Shown here in pieces: positions 42,101 through 52,787 of a stretch of DNA of 64,000 nucleotides. The notes beneath the pieces were generated by a model that saw only the letters and a program-made list of their open reading frames with translations, made no database searches and was not told the origin of the DNA. This DNA comes from Balanoglossus misakiensis (lineage: Eukaryota > Animalia > Hemichordata), in assembly GCA_040954595.2 (NCBI GenBank), contig CM082578.2, forward strand, positions 11,415,166 to 11,479,165. Direction: 5' to 3'. Both the position numbers and the translations under genes were made by a program. Each line of letters opens with the position of its first letter. Position 1 is the first letter of the stretch.

Positions 42101-45100
42101 CATCGCGCGGAAAGAGCATCCAAGCCAACACGCGGTGTTTCAACCACGGGTTTTTCTCCTGGTACCTTTGGTTTCTGTCCTGGGCTGTCTGCTTTAAGTC
42201 ATTACCGCACGGAAGAAAACCATGATTTCGCATCTTCTACCACCTGACCGCACCGCAAACACGACGGTCGGATTTTGAAACATAATTGCCTCATGCCCGT
42301 TTTCTCGAAAAATCTTCTCACATTGCGACTGGAAGTCGGACGGAAGCGATCGATGTTTGAAGCATCGCTTTCAGGTTCCACTTCCCCGGCATCTACGAGA
42401 GATAACACGGGAAGTTTGACCCATTACTGTCGTTTTCGCGCCCGCCACACTCAAATCTAAGAAAGTGACACCGGAAAAGGAAAGAAACGGCGGGGAACTT
42501 GGATCCGGTTCTGTTTCACCATCCGTTTCCTCACTGCATGCGTGGTGGCGTCGGCAACGACGGACGCAGCGACACAAGAGAGAATTCGACGGCTTGAGTC
42601 CATATGGCCGCTGCATCTCGCCTGTACCTCTACTGGCAATGCATTAAACTAAAATCCGTGGGATTAAAAATAAATGAAGACACCAGTATTTTGATTATAC
42701 AAATCACTGCTCATTAATTTTAAGTGAGAAAGACGGTAAAATAGAAGGCACAGATTGATTTTTGATAAAGCTCCCAGTTTAACATTAAATAGCGTGACCA
42801 GAACATTTTAATTATTTTATTTCGAGTGAAAACTGGGTGATTCAAGTTCGATTAATTTATGCAAATATATTAAACAACGGTGATTCATTATATGCTGTCG
42901 AGTGTGTCAAAATACTGGATTTATCCTCGAATTTGTTGAATATGAGTTTAAACCTTTCCTTTTCACTATGAACGACACAGCGGAGTAGAGAGTCAACCAA
43001 CCTGTCCTCTCTCTCGAAGCCGTAATCGGATCAGTGTTTCTGTTCAAAATTATAATAACTACCATAGTATTGAGTGTAAAAGCAAACATTGCGTACTCTG
43101 TTTTCGGAAGACGAAAAAGACGGTCACGACATTTGATCTATTGACAAATTGATTTTTCCGCTTCAGGGCTGAAACACAACCTGCAAAGGAACTCTAATAT
43201 AGGTGGGTAGTTTTGCATCGAGAGACTCGTTTCAGGATGCGTCGGATCGTTTTTTTTTTCTCCAGACAGTTGCGGCATATTCCAACTTTTTTTCCCTTGC
43301 TCGACCCCGAAGAAAATCTCTGGGGAATTTTCGGTTAATTGAAAAATTACGTAAGGTTTTTTGGGATGAAACGAACGGAAATGATAGATTCTCTGCACTT
43401 CAGAGTGTTGGCGAGATTACAGTGATAGCGGGACATGCCTTTTGGCAATTCCGAATATTGTTCAGCGGGTGAGCTGACAGTGGCGCAGCTCAAGAAAATA
43501 GCGCGACAGCCGTTTGTCGGCGATTAACGTCGATTTCATCTTGTCACTTTGAAAAGACATTTGACTAGAAAACCGCTGTCGCAGGGTTTTACTGGCAAGT
43601 GTGTACCGTGGTCTTGTCCGTCACTTTGCATAGTCATGAACTTCGAGTTGTAATACTATAGTACAGCCATGAAAATACGAGATGTTGAAAAATCTCAATG
43701 TTGAGGCAATTTATAGTTGAAATACCACAAAATGTTCTATAACACATTGCTCGGAAAGGTTTTATTATTGCGAAAAACCCGGGAAATAGAGAAATTGTAT
43801 TCTACAATGGTGAACTTGAAGGGAAAAACACGCTCGTATGAAACATGATTAATGGGCGATCGATCATGAACTTTGTGGAACTTGGAGTTGTATGAATATG
43901 CAATTGTCGACAAACATACCGGCGTTCCTACACATTCAGAGTGTGTTTTTGGCGGAACCGGGTTAAACAGTGCAAATCGAACAAATGTGTACGTACTTTA
44001 AATCAGCCGTAATCGCAGCTGGAGTGATGTCTTTCACAAAGTTGCATAATTTATTGTATATTCTACCGTGGATGGTATGTTTTAAGGCCTATACTTTCAA
44101 AATCGTGTTACTTTCTGGTCGTGATTCTAATGACGTTGTCACTTCCGGTGAAGAAGTCACGATGTGTATATATTGGCATGTAATTTTGTTATTCGATCAA
44201 CTTGGAGCAATTACTGTATTGTGCTGGACTTCGGCGTCAATTTCACCGATAATTTTTAAGGGCCAATGGTGAAAGCGAGTCGGATTCTGCGTTACGTGCA
44301 ACTCGTACTGGCGATATTCGTTCTCGCTCCGCGCTCAGCCAATCAAGCGTCCTCAAACAGGACTCCGATATGGATCGCCGAATCGCGGTTTAAAAACACC
44401 GATTGAAATCGAGCGCGAAAGCGACAAGGTCAGGGGTTGATCCCAGCATTGTCCGCTCGTGTGTAGACGATGGTTATATTCCGCGATCATGATTACTGCC
44501 CGCGGGATTTTGCTAGTTTACCCGGACTAAGTATAAGGAGCAGAGCACTCCGATTACGTTCAACGTACTCCCAGAAAATTAACTATTTAAAGACTGGAAA
44601 TTAAATGCTATTATTTTTGGATGTAGGAGCCTTTGTAGCAGTACGTCTAATTTTACTGAGACAATCAGAGTAAATGGGTTGGGTATTTTCTCCATGTTCA
44701 TCCTGACTGGAGGCCAACAGAGACCCCCTATATCCCCGTCTGTAATGATTGACTCGGGTACAATGCGTAAGTGTAGGAGTAATTATCTAAATGAATTTAT
44801 AAATTATTCAACAAAGGGCTTCCTTATATTATTGTTTGCAACGTTTAGATGACAATGCAGTGACAAACAGTTAGAGGGTCGTCCTTTAACTGTAGACAGT
44901 AGATGGAGATCTCCTACTGTCTATGTGTAAACACTATAGAAGAATGGTTAATTCGGGCCACAGGCTACTTGTGTTGTCTGTCAACTTTAAGACGGGTTCA
45001 GGGGTCTTCGTCCCAATACGAATAAGTTTCTCAATACTACACTCAGACCCTAGTTCTTCGGGAAAACTATTGCACATTACATATATTTATCTTCAGTAAT

Positions 45101-46181
45101 AGATATGGCTCAGATTTCTGAATCCTGCAAAAATCCGGCCGCCGAAGTTGTTACATTTTGGGGGTATTTACTTTGGCTGTGACGTCATGACCCTGGCGTC
45201 AGAGAGGCGACGTATTTAAATTAGTGTGACCATCAAAAGATCACCGCACAGTTAGCCAATTATGGCACTGTCAATCGGGTGTGTGCGCAGAAACCCAAGC
45301 ACACTCCCCACGGCAAAATAGAATGTGGTAACATCCAGCCCCGTCTGCTCCATCCCCGTGGTCCGATGCTCGGGTACCTCAACCAGGGTGGTGCAACCGA
45401 ACGGGTCGAAGTTGCAAGTTTAAAGGGTCATCGCAGTAGTATTGTTGTGGCGGGGCGTGCCGTAAACTTTTAAGTGTTTTCGTATGTGTACGCGAATGAA
45501 TGAAACGGATAAGGATCTTTTTGCAAGATATCAGAGTGACGCGTGCGCGGCCCATTCACACCTTCTACGCAGTCTTCACCCATCATTATGCCCAGTTAAG
45601 ATCGTAATCTGCCAGCTTGACATCCAAGAAAAATTGATGAACTATTAGGGGGTCAAAATGTTCTCGGATTTCCGCCGCAATTTTCCGGCTACTTCGCGTC
45701 GCTATCCGCAATTAAGTTTGCGAGCTTCTCGCCACCAGAATGTCTCAATTCGAATCGAAAGTTTGTGAAGTTAGTCGGTAAACGACAATCCAGCAGTAAA
45801 TAAATGTCTAGACCTACGTCCGATTAGCGATTTTATCATTCCAACAAGTTTTCATTTACATGTATCTGATAAGGTGAGAGGGGCTTTGCTTTCCTTTGCA
45901 CTTTCGCGATACCCGTTACTTGTCATTTTTGTCACCATTATTTTGCACCGCTGCCCTTGATGGTTGGCTGAAAAAGACTTTGGTAGTATTACTTTGTAAA
46001 CATCACAACTGGAAGTGGTCTAGTATTTATGGCTAACACTTTCATCGAAAAATCTTGATATGGGGACAAGAGCGTGTCGAAGTGGACTATCCCGAGCGGT
46101 AATCTATTAGCTGGGTTGTCACTCGCCGTCGTGCCGTGATTGACAGATCGCGTTCGCGAAATCAGTGGTTTGCTTTGTTAA

Positions 46182-46256
46182 CCAATCAGGGCGGGGCTTT
46201 TATGGGATATGTCGACCGAACGTCAAAATCAACATTCTAATAGAGCTTATGATTGG
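46182..46256 (+). promoter_or_regulatory. Candidate proximal promoter: CCAAT box, GC box and inverted CCAAT
   Basis: CCAAT (46182-46186) lies directly beside GGGCGGGGC (46189-46197), with ATTGG at 46252-46256, about 0.9 kb upstream of the ATG. Confidence 0.55.
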
Positions 46257-46952
46257 TCATTAGTACATGCGTCGCGCCATGCTTGTCTGACTAGCTTAGC
46301 CCACTGGCGCCAGCGTAGCGGGAGAATGTGCCGCAAAAGAGATGGGTAACAAACGCCTTCTTGTTTGCTGTTCATACATGAGGTAGGAGTTTGCCTCCAT
46401 TCTCCGAAGCCCGCAGTGGACTGACCAGTCTTTCCTGGGCATTTTTCCACCAAGTTTCCAGAGTTTGTCGCGAATATCGGCGAAGTTGCCCGGAGTTGAC
46501 GCGACACGACTCATGCTGCTCCCGCACGCTCTTCTGTTTACGACACCCTTCCGATGTAAACATTGATACTTGGGTTGGCTGTGTGAAGTGAATAACTCAA
46601 CCGCTTATCGCTGCAATTATATCAGGCCTTCTGAATACAAAAGTTCAGAGGTACTGTCCTTTAGCCGTAAATCAAATGTAATCCGTTACTATGATTTCTG
46701 GTGATAATTTATTTTCTGTTCCTCCTCAGCGCAACGGTGTCACCAGCTGGTAGAACCTTTGACACGATATTGGTATCAATTACGCGATATCTCTCAATGA
46801 AATTCGTCAATATTATACTTATTATATTTGCTCACTTTGTATTTTCGTGTCACTATCGATTGCCGTGCGTTCGAGCCTCCTAACCAGTTTCAGACTAAGT
46901 TAAAAAGTCCGTATATTAAGCAATTGATTTATTCTTCTTCTACCCGATGCAG

Positions 46953-47135
46953 ACTGTTATTGGGATTCCGGTTACAGCCAATACGTCAACAGCGCTGGTC
47001 TACAACAAGCCCATCAGCCACTTGTGATTGCAATAATCATCGGCTACTGAAGCTCTTACAACCTACTACTACAGGTACTTCGAAAGGTCACCACCAAGAG
47101 TTTTGGCGAAAATCGAGACACGGCACGGCGCAAGT
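46953..47135 (+). other. Candidate 5' UTR part of the first coding exon
   Basis: Pyrimidine tract TTATTCTTCTTCTACCCGATGCAG| ends at 46952, followed by 183 nt without an ATG. Vertebrate GATA1/2/3 genes have a non-coding first exon spliced to the ATG exon. Confidence 0.4.
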
Positions 47136-47415
47136 ATGGAGGTAGCAGCCCACACGTCCACCGTAACGGAGCACAGCCGCTGGATGCACTCCATGATGAA
47201 CGGGCAGCACGAGAGCCACACCGCCGAGCGCATGCACGCTGCCCACGCGGCCGGCCTCAACTTCGTGGAGCCGTCCCAGTTGCTGCCACCGGATGAGGTG
47301 GACGTCTTCTTTCACCATCTCGACGGAAATGGCAACCCGGTCAACCCGGCCAGCTACTACGCCAGCCCAGCTGCAGCCAGGGCCGCGGTCCACAGTTACC
47401 GCCCACCGCACCACG
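47136..47415 (+). CDS. GATA1/2/3: GATA1/2/3 coding exon 1 (N-terminal activation region)
   Basis: ATG in strong context (AGTATGG). Encodes [18 protein letters not shown]...[21 protein letters not shown]..., matching GATA2 [21 protein letters not shown]. Donor ACG|GTACGA at 47416, phase 1. Confidence 0.93.
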
Positions 47416-47850
47416 GTACGAATTTCCAGAGCATTTATACGCACTGTGTATTACCGTACTGTCTTTTTAAATCGTAGATGTAATGACCACTTCTAGTAAT
47501 TATACAGCTTTTGATTCTTAAGTAGCCGCATTGATTTTTAAAAGTCACTTTGATGCGATAATCATTATCCAGGTAAGTCACCTGCAAGTAATAGAAAGGA
47601 AGCGGTGCTTCACGCGAATGGGAGTCTGGTATTCCTCTGTCAATTTGGAAACGAGACTCGATATGAAGCATCGCATCCTGTTTCCGCATCACTCGTAAAA
47701 CGCGATTCGTGCATGCACAGCGCTTGTTTTCATTTTCGCTTCCGGTGGTGGTGCACAGGACCACTGAGAGCTGAGTTCAGAGCACCAATATCCTTTGTCT
47801 TCGGTTTCACTCTCCCCAAAAAATTATCATAATGTTTCCTCTTCCACCAG

Positions 47851-48408
47851 CAGCGAGGGTAAATGTACCTGGTAGCCAAGTGTGCAGACCACACTTTCAC
47901 GCGCCGCCTATACAGTGGATCGAGAGTCGCTCTGGAGGACACACAGCCTGGTGCGCTAACCCCTTCAGCAAAACACCACACCACTCCACGACGACCGGAC
48001 CCATCAGCGTCCACCCGGCCAACTCTCTTTCATCGACACCTCACGCTCACACGAGCCCCCATCTCTTCAATTTCCCGCCGACACCGCCGAAGGAAAGTAC
48101 CCCGGACAACATCACCGGCACCTACCCTCTAGACTACAACTCGCAGTCGACAGACGACAAAATTCACTCCAAATCGAGCTTATCGAGCAGCCTGGCAGAC
48201 ACCAGCTTGTCTTCGTCATCGGCGCTGACAATGAATTCGCAAAGCGGCGGCATGTCCATGTCCCAGGCCCACCCGATGCCCACATATCCAGCCTACGTTA
48301 CCAGTTCGGACTTCAGCAACTCGCTGAGCTTTCACCCGAGCGTTCTCAGTGCGAGAAACGTCAACTTTTCAAATCCTCGCCCGCGAACAAAAACTCGCTC
48401 GAATTCCG
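47851..48408 (+). CDS. GATA1/2/3: GATA1/2/3 coding exon 2
   Basis: Acceptor TTCCTCTTCCACCAG|CAG. Encodes ARVNVPGSQVCRPHFH...LFNFPPTPPKE...HPMPTYPAYV...KTRSNS, matching GATA2/3 GSQVCRP, FPPTPPK and HPIPTYPSYV. Donor CCG|GTAAGT at 48409. Confidence 0.94.
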
Positions 48409-49810
48409 GTAAGTATGCTGAGCGTTTTAGGTTATATTATTTTTCTACTGTGCCGTCTTAACTGTCTTGTTTACCGATCTTTATCGGGGTTAGGAAACCC
48501 TGTTTTGTTGTGTTTTCTCCGTCTGAGAAGCAATTGTGCCACCGTTACGACACAATCCTATTGTTCGCGGCGCAGGGAAAGTGGGGAGATTATCGCGCTG
48601 ATTTGCCAACCCTTGACCGCGTTAGGAACGCGACGAAACAAACACCCATACGACTCATACGACAGACCGCGTAGAAAACTAAGCACCCTCGACGTATTTA
48701 AAAAAATAATTCGTCTTCGCCAAAGGGATGTTTTTTTAAACGGATGCATTTGTTGGCCTGGATTCTACTGATCCCGTAGAAACGTACATATATCGCGAAC
48801 AAGGAAATCGGCGAGTATCGGTTTTCGAGTGCTTTCAATTCATTTGCTTTGGTAGCGTCTACGGGACTTCCCGTGGGAATTTTGATCAAAATATGATAAA
48901 TGATCTGGCGTTGTAGACGGTAACAACACTGGCGAAACTAACGCCAATATGTAGTTTAATTGCCACGGTACGATATCATCAAGCGTCCGTGGCGAAAGGT
49001 GTGAAAATTTTATTAGGGGTGTTGAGCGTTCACACATCTCGAGGAATTGTAGTGTAATAACACAAGATTGGTTAGCACCCGTTTCTTTCAAACTGTAATG
49101 TGTCAGTGTTTCATTTAATTTAACTGAATCGGGCCTTTTCCCATGACTTTGCCCGTGCAGCTGTAGCCGAACCTTTCTCACACGTCATCACGACAAAAAA
49201 GACATGAACGTGACGATTGCAGTGATACCAGTTTTACGCGTATCTTAAATTTGGAATCGAACCGTCATATTGTCGGACGGCTTAAAATGTAGTATTATTG
49301 CGATATTAGGCGACTACAAAAGGGAAATTTTTTGAGTATTAAATTCAGATATGGCGGGAAAGTAATGAAACCACGTCGGTCCTGTAATAAATGGGAGTAG
49401 TTCTTGGCGGAGCGGTGGACCATTTAGAAGCGAACCACTAGGGAACCCCAATGGTTAGTCGATGAGCACCATGGTCTGAAATTGAATGATGATAAGTGGG
49501 CCTAAGGTTGGCAACATGTCACGGGGAATCTAGTGAGCTGTGGATCTTGGATCCAGCGCCGCCGGTTTTTCTCGCACTGTTGCGGCGGTAGGGTATATAT
49601 AGGCAAGAGAGGGGGGGACTTCACACCAAGCTGGGGAAGTCAACCCAAGTAATTTCCATTGAAGGTGAAAATCATTGTACTAAGTTTGGGTGAAATTTGG
49701 CCTTATGCACCGTTAAAGGCACCGTCCTCTATCCTTGACTCTGGCATTGAGTTCTTGTAGACATCGATTATTTACGGGAGGTGTTAGTCTTTAGTTGACT
49801 CATTGAGTAT

Positions 49811-50076
49811 TTATCAAGTAAATCAAATTGCGTTTTTGATAAAACTGATAAACAAGCAGTTAGGCATCTGTGCCAGACTCAACTGTTGACTAGCAATACT
49901 AGTCAACTGAGGACCACAAGAAGTGTGTCCCACTGTTTTGAAATAATGGTTATTAAGCATTGAATAATAATCTTAAAGTTCTTCCAGATTTCATAATTCG
50001 TTTTTATCAACAACTCACAGATGGCTGTGTTGTGTACCGTGCAAATTATAGCAGTGCTGAGACAACATACTTATCA
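49811..50076. promoter_or_regulatory. Intronic GATA/E-box motif cluster (candidate enhancer)
   Basis: WGATAA sites at 49811, 49837, 49846, 50004 and 50071. CATCTG/CAGATG E-boxes at 49865 and 50018. Confidence 0.5.
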
Positions 50077-50644
50077 TGTTTCGCGGAATTTCAACATATT
50101 TTTTTCAACTCTCCGTAAACCTCCACTAGTTACCATGCATGGTAACTTAATTAACAACGCCATTTGGTGTTTTGGCCAATCGGGGTCCAATCTATCTCCA
50201 ACAAAATTTGTATTCAGTTCAAAAAGAAAAGATTTGTGGTGAACTAGCCGATCGTTAAACCGTAAATATGATCGGAAAACGAAACGACAAATTGCACACA
50301 AGGCATTATGCTTTATTGGATTTTCGATTGCAGCTGGTCATTTCTGGACATTTGAGAGCGAGGATACGGAGACAGTCAGACGAGACTGGGCCATAAAAAC
50401 ATGAGGAAAATTTTCCATGTGTTTGAAATGCAAACTCTGTCCCATGATTTACTTATTCCGAGTCCTTAGAACAAGGACTGATACTGAAATGTCCCTAATT
50501 TATTCAGGAACGCGGACGATGTCAATTTGCTGATTAAGATAACGTATACTAGTAGTTTTGCTCACACTGTCTCCTCGGCCTTTTGTTCAATATATCTAAT
50601 GATGGCCCATACTAAATGTCGGTATTTTCAATTTCATTTTCTAA

Positions 50645-50989
<345 letters not shown>

Positions 50990-52661
50990 TAACTGATAAA
51001 TTTACTCTTGGATACTTTTGAGCCATGAAATGTGAGTGGGACGTTATTGCTAGTTACGTCATACACTTCATGTACCCCAAAAATAGCATTTGGCGATAAC
51101 AGGAAGTCGATCGTGATGTGTTAACTTCCTTTGGGTTTTGTTTTCGATGGACAAAGGACAAAATTTGAAAATTTAAAAAGTGGGGATGACTGTCTTGCAC
51201 TAAGCTTCATCGCGGTTAGTTTGGAAACTTTAGAGTTCGACTACAAGCGATCCTTCATTAATTTTCTCACTTTCTTTCCATTGGAATGTTAAAGAAATGA
51301 GAAAAACGGTGCCTGAAAACAAGATTTCTCCTTTGGGCGCTTTACCTTCAGCATACGGTTATATTGTAAATTGAAAATACTTTGTATAAGCGGGTGCTGT
51401 GATGGGTGGAATACACGGTTTTCACAGATTGCGTTCAAGCGAATCACATCACTCCCTCCCATAGGCAGACGCCTGGCGCCGTTTCTGGAGTGAATTCGCT
51501 TCACCCCTTTTCATGGTGGAGTTTTCTTTCTGTCGGGCATGGCGGTAACCCGATGTGCTCAAATTGACAGACTCCGCTAAGAAGTAATAATTCGTCCTCC
51601 GCGAAGTGAACCATGTCTCCCCAGTACTTGATCTCTGCCTATCCGTTCATCATTCATACAAAATGAGCGAACACGTTCTGCTTAGATTGCTGTCTGTGAG
51701 CCCCGTCTCAATTCACACTTGAAAATCTCTAAACTGGAGTAATATTGTCAAGTTTGTGGATGAAAAGAAGGGGAACAAAATATTGTGTTGTAGACAGACA
51801 CCACGTGACTGTGTGCAACAAGTACTATAGTACGTTTTGCACCGTTTGGCGTTCTCAATCTGAAATCTGATGAAGTTAATTGGAAAAGTTGTTTATAGGA
51901 CACGATGTCATCCCACTGGCACAAATTGCTTAAGAACAGTTGGACAGTCCACCGGGCCTTCCTTGGCGCCAACTTGTTATGATTTGCTAATAGGACGGTC
52001 GTGTATTTCGTCAACAATCGGAATCGGAGATGTTGTTTTAGTGATGACGTATTTATTTTTTGATGCCGTGAAAAGCGGTAATTGTTGTTAATTTTGTCAC
52101 AGAAATTGAAATTTAACAAGTGGCATGTTTTGGAAATCGCCATGTTGTTAGTGGGTGTTATTTATGTGTCGTCAACCTAGGTGTGACGACAATAATCGCC
52201 TGTTAGATCGGTTAATGAAGTTGTCAGGGTGTACCCTTGTCGTTGCTTAAAATATTAAAAGTTATGCATACTATTTTTCACGTATTCTTTTCTCTCCACT
52301 TGTTTTCGGGGGACAATACGTGATTTTCAATCGAAGAAGTTCGGGTTTTCTTGTGAACACGTTGACTTCACTCGATTCCCAGCCCTTCTCTTCTAATCTA
52401 CTGATTTGTGAACTTCAGGTGTGCAGGCTGGACTCCTTGTCACTGCAACTAACGAAAGAAACGATGGGTTGCTTTGTAGTTGAGACATGTAAAAGCGATC
52501 CACTTAGAGTCCTTGAAATTCAAAACCCCGTGGCCTAAGTGTTTTGTGTTCCCCGCGTCTGAATTACTGCGTCTGTTAGCTCTCAACGTCGATCTGTCAG
52601 TGTACTAGAACTGTGTTTTTCAACCCTTTTCTTTTTCTCTTCTTTTCTTCTCTCGCAATAG

Positions 52662-52787
52662 TCTGCTGCCAGAAGAGCCGGTACGAGCTGTGCCAACTGC
52701 CAAGGTACGCAGACAACGCTGTGGCGAAGAAACGCCAACGGCGACCCGGTGTGCAATGCCTGCGGATTGTACTACAAACTTCACGGG
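52662..52787 (+). CDS. GATA1/2/3: GATA1/2/3 coding exon 4, C-terminal zinc finger
   Basis: Translated by hand because the correct frame is absent from the ORF track: [42 protein letters not shown]. 126 nt, preceded by a long pyrimidine tract ending AATAG|. Donor GGG|GTAAGT. Confidence 0.98.

Noticed and set aside
48872-49182. CSL/Su(H) sites CGTGGGAA and TTCTCACA
   Set aside because: They are about 300 bp apart, so not a paired site, and single sites are expected by chance.
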